Shown: in pieces, positions 18,285 to 27,296 of the stretch
Position numbering within the stretch: the first letter of the stretch is position 1
How the letters are laid out: every line of letters starts with the position of its first letter
Origin: Escherichia phage phT4A
Sequence record: NC_055712.1
DNA: 64,000 bases
Reading direction: 5' to 3' (one strand)
Program-made: the position numbers and the translations under genes
The notes under the pieces: model-generated
Databases searched by the model: none
Told to the model about the DNA's origin: nothing
The model's input: the letters and a program-made list of their open reading frames with translations, nothing else

Positions 18285-18337
18285 AGTGTGTTTCGTTTCT
18301 ACAGGGCTATAGTCTCATAACCCCGTATCTACGTCAA
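18285..18337 (-). promoter_or_regulatory. degenerate PeSL-like cassette
   Basis: TTGACG -35-like box and conserved GTAGAAACGAAAC leader; -10 weak. Confidence 0.35.
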
Positions 18338-18340
18338 CAC

Positions 18341-18601
18341 TTATTTGAAGCGAATTGTGCTATTTTTGAAAAATAGTCCAGAGCACACAGCACCTTCAAT
18401 TTTCACCCCTGTAGGGCTTTTAGCAACGAACCCTGTTGCGTAGGTGTCTTTCTCATCACATGCGAACCAGGCGTGGCCTGTGTACGTGATATCGCTAAAC
18501 CCGTTAGCAGTCAGAATACGTTCGGCTTCTTTCTCATCGGTGCATCCGGATTGTGCTAAAACGACAATAACGACTAACACCAAAGCAATAATATATTTCA
18601 T
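18341..18601 (-). CDS. putative lipoprotein
   Basis: MKYIIALVLVVIVVLAQSGC: signal peptide with lipobox-like Cys. Confidence 0.45.
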   Translation of the reverse strand: MKYIIALVLVVIVVLAQSGCTDEKEAERILTANGFSDITYTGHAWFACDEKDTYATGFVAKSPTGVKIEGAVCSGLFFKNSTIRFK

Positions 18602-18602
18602 G

Positions 18603-19034
18603 TTAAACTCTTTTTAAGTTGGTTTTACTGGCTTCAATCCAGTACACGGGATCAGAATAGTTACCGCACATACCCAGTAACACAGTTGTACATCCTAAAT
18701 GATCGGAAGGTCTCAATCCATCAGGATGAAAAGGCAATTCGTTAACACCGATACTGGTAGCAAAAAGAGCACCTCCAGTACTGTAAAATGTTTTGATATG
18801 ATCGTATGCATCATCAGGCCACTGAAAACGATAAGTTTTATTGTCAATGGTTACTGTATACATATCATATTCCGTAAACAACGGATCTTTTCCTTGTGTT
18901 GCCCCATACAGAGCGCCGCGCCATTCAACCAGATTTGCTTCAATGTCGCTTACACAAATTTCGTTACCCATACGCAAATCATGAAGGATCCCTTCAATGG
19001 TACGAATAGCCCCACTAAGTTCATTAGTTAACAT
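18603..19034 (-). CDS. hypothetical protein
   Basis: 143-aa ORF. Confidence 0.45.
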   Translation of the reverse strand: MLTNELSGAIRTIEGILHDLRMGNEICVSDIEANLVEWRGALYGATQGKDPLFTEYDMYTVTIDNKTYRFQWPDDAYDHIKTFYSTGGALFATSIGVNELPFHPDGLRPSDHLGCTTVLLGMCGNYSDPVYWIEASKTNLKRV

Positions 19035-19214
19035 AGAGTTTCCTTTAAATCGGTTTAATGGTTTTCAGGTGTAGTTTAGCATAAGAAGAACCAAATGAGT
19101 TACCATTATGATCAAACTTATGTTCTTCACTCTTCCAGTATTTCCCCGATTTCATCAAGGGTATACGCTTCTTACCTGCTGTTATCGTTTCAACCATTCC
19201 GGTATGAGTGAATG

Positions 19215-19562
19215 TCATGATATACCCTCTTCTTTCAGCACTTCCCAGATCAGTTTATCAAGGTGCATCAGGTTCCACATAACCGAATCATAAGAACCCA
19301 GTGAGCGGGAGTAAATCACTCCCCATGAACGATAACTTTTCTGGAATGCTTCTGCACTATCTACATCATACGGCATATCATCACCGGATGCAATCAAAAG
19401 TTTAAGGATCATCAGACTGTTCAGAAGTTTTGAACTAGCGTCTTGTGCTTGTACTTTTGCACAATAATTTTCAATAATCGCTTTTGCCTTTGGTTCGGTG
19501 ATGCGTCCATTTTTGCATCGCTCTTTGTACACATACATAAGTTCATCGATTATTTCTTGCAT
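19215..19562 (-). CDS. hypothetical protein
   Basis: 115-aa ORF. Confidence 0.4.
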   Translation of the reverse strand: MQEIIDELMYVYKERCKNGRITEPKAKAIIENYCAKVQAQDASSKLLNSLMILKLLIASGDDMPYDVDSAEAFQKSYRSWGVIYSRSLGSYDSVMWNLMHLDKLIWEVLKEEGIS

Positions 19563-19896
19563 ACATTCTTTCCTTCTGTTCTGTGCTCATGCCATACAAC
19601 TGAGAGCGTATACGGTCTTGTATACGACGCGTTTCGTTTTGCATCAGTTGGTTTGAAAGAATCAAATCGACCACCGCGCCGCGAACTTTCCATAGATAAT
19701 CAATCATCGCCATATCTTCATCAGTATGGAAACCCTTCGCATCACATTCATAGATAATGCTTTGCCTTTCCGCCATTGCCATTTCTGCTGTCGCCGGAGT
19801 AGCCAGAGAATATTCATACTTCTCGATCAATGATTCCAGTGTACGTGGTTTTACGGGAATGTCAACAGTTATTGGACGAATCATATACAGCCCCAC
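19543..19896 (-). CDS. hypothetical protein
   Basis: 117-aa ORF. Confidence 0.4.
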   Translation of the reverse strand: MGLYMIRPITVDIPVKPRTLESLIEKYEYSLATPATAEMAMAERQSIIYECDAKGFHTDEDMAMIDYLWKVRGAVVDLILSNQLMQNETRRIQDRIRSQLYGMSTEQKERMYARNNR

Positions 19897-20177
19897 TTAT
19901 CACCATCTGCTTTAATCTGTAAATTAGCCAGGAATGAAAACATAATATCACAGTTGCTTTCGATTAGATAGCGATATTTTAATACGGTACTTACCTCTTC
20001 CGGTTCTACCGTAGTGACCTTAATGTCTTTAGCACAAAGATCATAATCGTTACAGTACCCGTCAATATCCATAAGCGTTTTGTTTTCATCTGGATATAAT
20101 TCCAGCAAATACGCATCTTCATCAGTTACCAGCGCAACTATCCGGTTGCGCCTTGTGTTATAGGTTAAGATCTTCAT
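19881..20177 (-). CDS. hypothetical protein
   Basis: 98-aa ORF. Confidence 0.4.
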   Translation of the reverse strand: MKILTYNTRRNRIVALVTDEDAYLLELYPDENKTLMDIDGYCNDYDLCAKDIKVTTVEPEEVSTVLKYRYLIESNCDIMFSFLANLQIKADGDKWGCI

Positions 20178-21328
20178 TTCAATTCCACCGCGTATACATC
20201 CAATTCAGGGGCTTTGTGTACGCGCATATCTTTACCACATACAGCATAAGCCGGACAGTTACGGCAACCATTATGATCCTTATTACCGATCAATTCCTGA
20301 CGGAATTTCTTAGTTTTCGGATGTTCCCAGATATCTTTGATAAAGTCACTGGCTTCCAGTACGTTAAGCCCTTCTGACCATCCACCCTCGACCCAACGTT
20401 CAGTAAAGGAACAAGGGAAGAATTCACCCTTCTCGTTGATGTACGAGCTAAACATAGTTGCTTCGCAATCTTCCGCGTACTGTTTGTATTGTTCAAAATT
20501 TTCATGCCCTTCCATAGCCTCTACAAAGGCCGGAGCGGAACAGGAATCAAAACCGAACCCTACACCGGATTCAAGGCAATAATCTACCAGCGCTTTATAC
20601 TGCTCGCGTGTAACGGTATCCCAGTTCTTCCCACGACCTTTTTGTTTCAGACCCAGGAATACGATCGCGTTAACTTGTTTCAAGCGCGGATCATTCTTTA
20701 CAGCATCAACCACGTTAAACGCGTCATCATAGGTTTTAGAGCTAACCATGAAATGAAGGTTGATTTGCTGTTGTCCGGCTTCTGCAAGATTAGCCACTGA
20801 ATTAAACGCTACATCGAATCCAGCATGTTTGTATACTGATACCGCAACAGCCCCAGCAACAGCCGCTAAACGCGCTGCAACGTCTTTTGATACATCAGCA
20901 ATGGTAAGGTTCGGCACAATGCCTTTAGAACGCGCATAGGCCATCATATCAAACATATCAGGGTTTGTTTGTCCCTGTGCATCAGCACCGAGGGCGCATT
21001 GAGTCAGCCAGGGCATTTTGTCGATGATTTTGGTGAAGGTGGCAAGATCCATGTTGAACCCGTTCGGGTTATTGGACTTGTAGCAGAACCCGCAGAGTTT
21101 ACCCGCTGGCCCGTTGCATTTGGTAGTGATCTCGATATCGAGGATAAAAGGAAAATGACTATAAATAGGATCGTCAGCAGGAGTTTTTCCCCAAGTCATC
21201 ATATGACCTGTTTTCATATCAAAATTAAAATTAACCTCTTCGGAACGATAGATTTTCTTTCCTTTCGCTTCCAGTAGAAGTCCAACAGGCGTTTTGATAT
21301 GTTTGGCGTTTACTTTAACGTGTCTCAT
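20174..21328 (-). CDS. Cys-rich putative Fe-S / radical-SAM-like enzyme (uncertain)
   Basis: N-terminal cluster ITTKCNGPAGKLCGFCY (Cx8CxxC) and C-terminal CRNCPAYAVC (SPASM/twitch-like); start set at MRHVKVN with GAGG RBS. Confidence 0.35.
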   Translation of the reverse strand: MRHVKVNAKHIKTPVGLLLEAKGKKIYRSEEVNFNFDMKTGHMMTWGKTPADDPIYSHFPFILDIEITTKCNGPAGKLCGFCYKSNNPNGFNMDLATFTKIIDKMPWLTQCALGADAQGQTNPDMFDMMAYARSKGIVPNLTIADVSKDVAARLAAVAGAVAVSVYKHAGFDVAFNSVANLAEAGQQQINLHFMVSSKTYDDAFNVVDAVKNDPRLKQVNAIVFLGLKQKGRGKNWDTVTREQYKALVDYCLESGVGFGFDSCSAPAFVEAMEGHENFEQYKQYAEDCEATMFSSYINEKGEFFPCSFTERWVEGGWSEGLNVLEASDFIKDIWEHPKTKKFRQELIGNKDHNGCRNCPAYAVCGKDMRVHKAPELDVYAVELK

Positions 21329-21340
21329 AGGAACCTCATA

Positions 21341-22069
21341 ATGTATTACGTTTACAGAATCACGAATGTTATAGAGAACAAGCACTATTATGGATCAAGA
21401 AAACCTAAAAAGTCAATGCTTGCTTCCGACGATTTAGGGAAACACTATTTCAGTAGTTCCCGTGATAGTCATTTCATCCAGGATCAGAAGGAAAATCCAG
21501 GACACTACAAATATAAAATAATCGTATCTGGGTTGTCAAGGGAAAAAGCGATGAAACTTGAGAAAAGGTTACACGAAATCTACAAGGTGGACAAGAACCC
21601 ACATTTTTATAACAAACACATACACAACAGCATTGATTTTTCATGTACGCCAGAAACAGGAAAGAAGATTTCTCAAACACATCAGAAATACGCAGCAAAG
21701 AAAATCTCAGAATCCCATAAAAGGCGATTCAAGGAAGGTATTGCATCACACAAAGGAGAGAACAACCCACGATACAACGACCATCGGTCTTATGAAGAGA
21801 TACACGGAGAGGAAAGAGCGGAAGCTATACGTAAAGCGCAATCTGAATCAAGAAGTGGAAAAGGCAATTCCCGCGCGGTTATGTGGAGATTTACTTCCCC
21901 TACTGGAGAAGAATTTTTAGTTGAAGGAGAATGTAAAAAGTTTTGCAAAGACAGAAATATTTCCATGCGCAAACTGAAAACATATTTTGGTGAAGTCATC
22001 ACAACATGTGATAAACCCTACGATATCTCTAAGAATACCGTAGGATGGAAATTAGAAAAGATTATTTGA
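21341..22069 (+). CDS. GIY-YIG homing endonuclease (seg-like), divergent from neighbours
   Basis: MYYVYRITN...HYYGS GIY-YIG motif, basic K/R/H-rich C-terminal region; sole + strand gene in a minus-strand block; AT-rich. Confidence 0.7.
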   Translation: MYYVYRITNVIENKHYYGSRKPKKSMLASDDLGKHYFSSSRDSHFIQDQKENPGHYKYKIIVSGLSREKAMKLEKRLHEIYKVDKNPHFYNKHIHNSIDFSCTPETGKKISQTHQKYAAKKISESHKRRFKEGIASHKGENNPRYNDHRSYEEIHGEERAEAIRKAQSESRSGKGNSRAVMWRFTSPTGEEFLVEGECKKFCKDRNISMRKLKTYFGEVITTCDKPYDISKNTVGWKLEKII

Positions 22070-22316
22070 ATCTTCTTTTACGTTCGTCAGCCAGTTCTTT
22101 TTTGTACGTTTTGATGTACTTCCCGTTAAGGATGCGAAGCTGTTGGAAAACCTTGTTGCACAAAGCACGTTTCGCTTTGTATTCAGGCGTATTGCGGATT
22201 GATTCGATCGTCATCCCCATTTCATTTTTAGGGTACGCGCTCAACTCCCTGCCGATCTCTCTGTGCCAGTTGCTTAACTGATCACGCTGTGCTTTGTACT
22301 CTTCAAAAGTTAACAT
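22062..22316 (-). CDS. hypothetical protein
   Basis: 84-aa ORF. Confidence 0.4.
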   Translation of the reverse strand: MLTFEEYKAQRDQLSNWHREIGRELSAYPKNEMGMTIESIRNTPEYKAKRALCNKVFQQLRILNGKYIKTYKKELADERKRRFK

Positions 22317-22324
22317 AACAATCT

Positions 22325-22385
22325 CCGGTTTCGTTTCTATGTGTGTAAGGTATCATTACCCTACACACAACGCAAGCGATTTTTA
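22325..22385 (-). promoter_or_regulatory. PeSL-like cassette (degenerate)
   Basis: TTGCGT-17-TACCTT, ACACACATAGAAACGAAAC leader. Confidence 0.4.
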
Positions 22386-22583
22386 TTTTCCGTAAAGAAC
22401 ACAACATTTTTTATATTTTTCACGGGCTTTTTCTTCATTACTAAAGGAAACTCCCATTCCAAAATCAGAACCTTCGTAAGTAACATCCCACGATTCATAC
22501 CCATCTTCCGAATAATAGGAAAGTGTTATTTTACGATCTTCAAGAACAAGTTGTTCAACAACAATATCAATTTCAGTAGTCAT
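22383..22583 (-). CDS. hypothetical protein
   Basis: 66-aa ORF. Confidence 0.4.
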   Translation of the reverse strand: MTTEIDIVVEQLVLEDRKITLSYYSEDGYESWDVTYEGSDFGMGVSFSNEEKAREKYKKCCVLYGK

Positions 22584-22722
22584 AGTTCATTTCCATAATC
22601 TTTTGCTGCATCTTCGGGGGTTGCGTCCAGTCGATAAAGCTCAACGGCTAACGGACTGGGTTTGATTTCGCGGTTCAGGATCTCACTGATACCGCGAAGG
22701 AATTCGATATAAGGACGGAATC

Positions 22723-22974
22723 TCATTTGATACGTACCGCGTTAAAAGCCTGGTTGCGCAGTTCATAAGCCTGTTCAAGCTGTTCAGTAGTGAACAGAGG
22801 ACTATCAGTGTTAGTGGTGAAACTGCAAATGGTTTTGTTGTCGGCGTTGACTTCTTCGACAACGATTTCATAACCCCAGATCCCGCTGTACTCACATTTC
22901 ACGTTCCGGTACTTGATGTAAACTGCTGCAACATCTTCTTTTTTGTAGTTCCGGCTTTTGTAGATGATTTCCAT
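22723..22974 (-). CDS. hypothetical protein
   Basis: 83-aa ORF. Confidence 0.4.
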   Translation of the reverse strand: MEIIYKSRNYKKEDVAAVYIKYRNVKCEYSGIWGYEIVVEEVNADNKTICSFTTNTDSPLFTTEQLEQAYELRNQAFNAVRIK

Positions 22975-22984
22975 GATTTCCTCC

Positions 22985-23045
22985 TTCGTTTCGATGTGTG
23001 TACAATAACAGATCAGGGTTATCGAGTTTTAGCAATTTGTGCTAA
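22985..23045 (-). promoter_or_regulatory. PeSL-like cassette (degenerate)
   Basis: conserved ACACACATCGAAACGAAGGAG leader; -35 unclear. Confidence 0.35.
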
Positions 23046-23324
23046 TTATGCCATTTTCTTAGCGATTTTCCAGGAGGCTTTGAACGCCGGAACGTCTTCA
23101 ATATCAATCCAGAAACCAGATCCGAAACCATCACTATAGCAAGGGCAACCGTCGCAGTAGTTTTCCCAGGTCATCACTTCACCACCAACAGAAGCACCAG
23201 TTTCCATAGCACGTAATGCATCTTCAACTTTTTCCAGTTTTTCGGCGTTGTCGTCGTAAATGACAAAGTACCATTTACCGTTGTATTCGTTACCAAGTTT
23301 GATAGCTTCGCGAACAAGTTTCAT
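23046..23324 (-). CDS. hypothetical protein
   Basis: start at MKLVREAIK directly after PeSL leader and AGGAAATCATC RBS. Confidence 0.45.
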   Translation of the reverse strand: MKLVREAIKLGNEYNGKWYFVIYDDNAEKLEKVEDALRAMETGASVGGEVMTWENYCDGCPCYSDGFGSGFWIDIEDVPAFKASWKIAKKMA

Positions 23325-23339
23325 GATGATTTCCTTTTT

Positions 23340-23408
23340 GTCTGTTTCGTTTCTATGTGTGTAATATAACAAAACCCCTCACCATTGGCAAGGGGTTTTT
23401 GCAAAAAT
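23340..23408 (-). promoter_or_regulatory. PeSL-like early promoter-stem-loop cassette
   Basis: TTGCCA-17-TATATT with hairpin CCCCTTGCCAATGGTGAGGGG, leader ACACACATAGAAACGAAACAG. Confidence 0.6.
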
Positions 23409-23668
23409 TATCGTTTGATTGGGGTATTATCTATAACCCGTTGAATTTCCGAACGCATCGTAGAATACTGGCACAATTCGGTAAGCGCCCGATCCAGGTG
23501 CATCATAGCGTAAGAAAACTCTTTTCCGCATTTGTCGCATCGAGCGTATAAATGTAAATGGATGCGCCCGATCCCATCTACCTGACTATATTTCTTGAAT
23601 ATGTAAGGTTTTGCACCTCGATAGCCAGTAGCTTCATGCTTACACTCTCGTTTTTTGAACCATGACAT
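23408..23668 (-). CDS. hypothetical Cys/His-containing protein
   Basis: 86-aa ORF. Confidence 0.4.
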   Translation of the reverse strand: MSWFKKRECKHEATGYRGAKPYIFKKYSQVDGIGRIHLHLYARCDKCGKEFSYAMMHLDRALTELCQYSTMRSEIQRVIDNTPIKR

Positions 23669-24243
23669 TAATAATATCCTTGTACGTTGAAGCGGTCACA
23701 CAACAATCTACGTGTTTGGTTAGTATCGCTTTGGATAGAATGCAACATAGCGCTGAACATGTTTAGGTTATTTTGCATCATTTCCGCGCTCATGAGAACT
23801 TCCATACGCGCACGTAAGCGTTTATTTTCTTCTTCCAACTCAACCATACGGTCATATGCTTTGATGCGCTCTAAGGGCATATCAGGACGCTCTTTGAGTA
23901 CGCGAGCACGTTCAACCTCACAAGCATGATTTGCTTTCCAGTGGTTCGATTCCGCTTCAAATTTATTAAGGCGGCGGATCTCTTCAACCATCTTTTTGAT
24001 CATGTGTGGATCCATCATGTCGATGAATTTCATCAGGCAATTGGATTTTGTTTTGTTGTCAGCACCAGACCAAGACGAATTATACGTAACGGTAAACGTG
24101 CGGCCCATTTCATCAACAACCCCGATCTTGTTATCATCGGTGATTGTAGCCGCCCATTTATCCCGCATGGCTGTACAGGTTCCGCTGGCGACACTATGCA
24201 ACTTGTTTAATGTTGCATCATCAAATACAATTTCATCACTCAT
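23668..24243 (-). CDS. hypothetical protein with C-terminal coiled coil
   Basis: 191-aa ORF. Confidence 0.45.
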   Translation of the reverse strand: MSDEIVFDDATLNKLHSVASGTCTAMRDKWAATITDDNKIGVVDEMGRTFTVTYNSSWSGADNKTKSNCLMKFIDMMDPHMIKKMVEEIRRLNKFEAESNHWKANHACEVERARVLKERPDMPLERIKAYDRMVELEEENKRLRARMEVLMSAEMMQNNLNMFSAMLHSIQSDTNQTRRLLCDRFNVQGYY

Positions 24244-24250
24244 ATATGCC

Positions 24251-24649
24251 TCACATAGATTTCAAAATACGCAGAAGTGCGTTAGTAAAGATATCAGGAA
24301 CACAACCACCAAACAACTTATGATTCATCAGCGCTAATTTCATGCTGTGATTTTCAGTATATCGCCCGTTATGGATCCCCCAGGCAACGACATTACCAGG
24401 TTCATGAATAACTAAGTTAGTGAGAGTAACGGTCATGCGCTCTTTATCATTGATAGAGAATGAATAGCAGTAACCGGATCCGATGTCGCCGTAAAGGTTA
24501 AGGTCTTTCAATTTCCCTTGCTCATGCAAGCGTTTCATATGAACTGCACATGCATGATTAATGGTCATTTCGTCATCCCTAGCCCAATCATCAATACCAG
24601 AGGTATAACGAATATTGAAATAGTTAGTCAGTTCATTTGATACGCTCAT
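24251..24649 (-). CDS. hypothetical protein
   Basis: start set at MSVSNE with GTGAGG RBS. Confidence 0.4.
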   Translation of the reverse strand: MSVSNELTNYFNIRYTSGIDDWARDDEMTINHACAVHMKRLHEQGKLKDLNLYGDIGSGYCYSFSINDKERMTVTLTNLVIHEPGNVVAWGIHNGRYTENHSMKLALMNHKLFGGCVPDIFTNALLRILKSM

Positions 24650-24827
24650 TAGAAACCTCACTTTTATAAAATTCTTTACCAGTCCCATTACAGCTACTGC
24701 ATTTGGGGGAACGGTTGCTATCATACCGCCCCGATCCGTTACATGCAACACATTTCCTTAATTTCCAGCCATACACGAACCTCATATAATAATCAGTTCG
24801 TGCGGCCTTGCGTTCGTGGAAATTCAT
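24633..24827 (-). CDS. small DnaJ-type zinc-finger (CxxCxGxG x2) protein
   Basis: CVACNGSGR and CSSCNGTGK. Confidence 0.4.
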   Translation of the reverse strand: MNFHERKAARTDYYMRFVYGWKLRKCVACNGSGRYDSNRSPKCSSCNGTGKEFYKSEVSNERIK

Positions 24828-24967
24828 TCGATTTCTACCGAGTAACCTTCTTTACGTTTTTGGTCAGCGAAATTTCTTGCGCCTCCCCAATCGTAACAGG
24901 TTCTACGACCAACTTCTGAATCATTATGAAACCAAATCACGGTATATCGCTTTCCCATAATAACCTC

Positions 24968-25171
24968 TTAAACTTTGTTGTAAACCTGAACCAACCACAT
25001 TTCGATGTTAGGCGCGTAAGTAACGTTTACCTTATGCATTGTGCGGTATTTGTAAGCGGCTTTGTATGCATCGAGTTCAGTCGGAACACAGAAAGAGAAA
25101 CCGTTGTCATAGCGTTCTGCGTTAGAAACTTCACAACCAACTACAGCGGCAATATTTTTGTTCATGTTCAT
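24968..25171 (-). CDS. hypothetical protein
   Basis: start MNMNKNIAAV after PeSL leader with AGGAAAACATC RBS. Confidence 0.45.
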   Translation of the reverse strand: MNMNKNIAAVVGCEVSNAERYDNGFSFCVPTELDAYKAAYKYRTMHKVNVTYAPNIEMWLVQVYNKV

Positions 25172-25186
25172 GATGTTTTCCTTTCT

Positions 25187-25250
25187 CTGTTTCGTTTCGA
25201 TGTGTGTAATATAACAAAGCCCCTGCACTAATGCAAGGGCTTTTTGATTA
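25187..25250 (-). promoter_or_regulatory. PeSL-like early promoter-stem-loop cassette
   Basis: TTGCAT (25236-25231) -17 nt- TATATT (25213-25208) with hairpin GCCCTTGCATTAGTGCAGGGGC; leader ACACACATCGAAACGAAACAG. Confidence 0.65.
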
Positions 25251-26162
25251 TTTTGGTAATTTTTCGATTGTTGCTTTCAACTCATTGATTTTATTAAAGA
25301 GTTCATCGCTATATTTCATCAACTCACTACGGCGTTTTTCGGCCCACTTGATCAGGAATTCAGGAGAATCTACACCATACGTGTAACCTTCTGCACTCAG
25401 TTGAATACGAGCACGGGAACCATAATCAACAGAACTTTGTTCAATGAGAAACTTAACCGCATCAAGCAGGGCTAAATCTTCATGACTTACCATGATTCCT
25501 TCTGCCTTTGGAAGATCCACAACTTCATCCTGAATGAGTTCACGGCGGGTTGTTTCTTCCAGTGTTTCATGATTCTGGATCATCGTTTCGACCGGATCCT
25601 TTGCCACGGCTGGTTTGTTTTCACCTACTTCTTCCAAAAACATCAAAATCCATCCAGGAATTTTAGTCCGGAAAGAACTTTGTACTTCACTGGTGCATGA
25701 ATTTCCCAGAATGTGGATCGCGTTACCATGCATATCAGCTTTATTGATATAGATAACGTTCTGCTGTTCCTGTCGGTTGCTACCATAAGAAAGGAAGCGG
25801 CGTAACGATGTGTTATGACCATACTTCCCTAAATCGATTTCAGCCAGGCAATCAATGATCCCACGGTTAGAAACCTTGTAACGCTTACCCTGTTTGAAAA
25901 ATAACGATTCTTCCAGGTGAGTAGGGGTAAACTCTTCATAAAGAACATAGAATTCTTTAGGAATTTTGCGCTGAACCAGACTCAGTTTACAATTATTAGA
26001 AGGAACAATAACAGAGTGAATGTTTCCTTCGGTATCACACATAGCTTGCATTACTTGCGGATAGTAAAGATGGTCTTTCTTGCAAGTATAGCTATGGATA
26101 CGACTCTGACGTTTTTTGAAGTACCATTTACCAGTTTCAAAAGGCGCTGTTGTAAAATTCAT
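25248..26162 (-). CDS. hypothetical protein, translationally coupled to upstream DUF262 gene
   Basis: 304-aa ORF; 4-nt overlap with 26159-26689. Confidence 0.45.
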   Translation of the reverse strand: MNFTTAPFETGKWYFKKRQSRIHSYTCKKDHLYYPQVMQAMCDTEGNIHSVIVPSNNCKLSLVQRKIPKEFYVLYEEFTPTHLEESLFFKQGKRYKVSNRGIIDCLAEIDLGKYGHNTSLRRFLSYGSNRQEQQNVIYINKADMHGNAIHILGNSCTSEVQSSFRTKIPGWILMFLEEVGENKPAVAKDPVETMIQNHETLEETTRRELIQDEVVDLPKAEGIMVSHEDLALLDAVKFLIEQSSVDYGSRARIQLSAEGYTYGVDSPEFLIKWAEKRRSELMKYSDELFNKINELKATIEKLPK

Positions 26163-26689
26163 TTTGCATTCTCATACATAGTTAAAATTGCTTGCATATG
26201 TTCCGGTGATTGTGGAACCCCTGCAAAGTTCACTTTCAAAAAGAAATTCAACCGATCTTTTATGTTGCACTCATCGAGTCCAAGCGCTGGCAATGAAATG
26301 TTTTCAAAAGCACGTTGTTCATGTCTTTCCATTTCACCCCAAAACAAACGGGAACCGTTAGGCATCGGTATTCCAATTTCATTGTTCCAGAATTTCATGA
26401 TAGTTGTCAAGCGTTGTTTTCCATCAATGACTTCTACCCATCGAGATTCGTTGAATTCACTATCAACCGCGATCGCAATGATACCGCAAGGAAACCCAGT
26501 AATCAAAGTCTTCATGAAAGCATCTTGCTCTTTCTGCTTCCACACGTAGGGCCGCTGATAGGACGGATTCAGATCCAGATCGTTGTTCTTGAACCAATGA
26601 ATGTAACTACCAACCATGATCGCATGATCGCGACTTTGGAAAGTTTTTAACTCACGAATACGGTTTCTTACAATTTCGTCTGTCATTAT
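26159..26689 (-). CDS. DUF262 / ParB-like nuclease domain protein
   Basis: LNPSYQRPYVW and VIDGKQRLTT (DGQQR-type motif); start set at MTDEIV (ATGA overlap with upstream stop). Confidence 0.6.
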   Translation of the reverse strand: MMTDEIVRNRIRELKTFQSRDHAIMVGSYIHWFKNNDLDLNPSYQRPYVWKQKEQDAFMKTLITGFPCGIIAIAVDSEFNESRWVEVIDGKQRLTTIMKFWNNEIGIPMPNGSRLFWGEMERHEQRAFENISLPALGLDECNIKDRLNFFLKVNFAGVPQSPEHMQAILTMYENAK

Positions 26690-27009
26690 AAAATCACCAT
26701 CCAGTATATAATCGTAATCATAACCGCTACAGTGAAACACATTGCAGCATACACACGCGCATTATGAACCTGTGTTTTCAATTCTGCGATCTCTTGATCC
26801 TTTTCGCTTTCAAACTCTTCGCGAGTACCATAATACCCAGGATCGTTAGCAGTTGCCAATCTAACCGCATCTTTTTCAACCAGCGTTGCGTAACCGCTTT
26901 TTATTTGTGTCGCCCCGTACCATCCACCCCGATCGTTGTTAATGATCAGATGATCGCCTTTTTCGTTATGCTTTGATTCGCCAACAACAATAACCCGCTT
27001 ACCATTCAT
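26686..27009 (-). CDS. hypothetical protein with C-terminal TM helix
   Basis: 107-aa ORF, hydrophobic tail AAMCFTVAVMITIIYWMVIL. Confidence 0.4.
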   Translation of the reverse strand: MNGKRVIVVGESKHNEKGDHLIINNDRGGWYGATQIKSGYATLVEKDAVRLATANDPGYYGTREEFESEKDQEIAELKTQVHNARVYAAMCFTVAVMITIIYWMVIL

Positions 27010-27016
27010 AATATGA

Positions 27017-27034
27017 TCCTCAAAGGGGCCGAAG
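27017..27034 (-). terminator. GC hairpin
   Basis: AGGGGC-CGAA-GCCCCT; weak T-run. Confidence 0.4.
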
Positions 27035-27037
27035 CCC

Positions 27038-27295
27038 CTATTTCGCGTTCTTCTGTAGATAATCTAACAGATTTCCGCTTTGATGTAAATCCAAAACTTT
27101 AGAAAACTTCTCTGCGTTTCTTTCGTTTGTGAGTTCGTCGAAATGCCATACACCATCATCAGCTATTAACGCGCCAGGTGATGAACCTGTTTCTACATCA
27201 CGGGAAAGCGCAAGCCCCAGAGGGTGTAAGATTTCGCGGTTAATGCGCCAAACAAGGCCCATTTCAGATAGAGTAGTAAAATCGACGTATTTCAT
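27038..27295 (-). CDS. hypothetical protein
   Basis: 85-aa ORF. Confidence 0.4.
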   Translation of the reverse strand: MKYVDFTTLSEMGLVWRINREILHPLGLALSRDVETGSSPGALIADDGVWHFDELTNERNAEKFSKVLDLHQSGNLLDYLQKNAK

Positions 27296-27296
27296 A

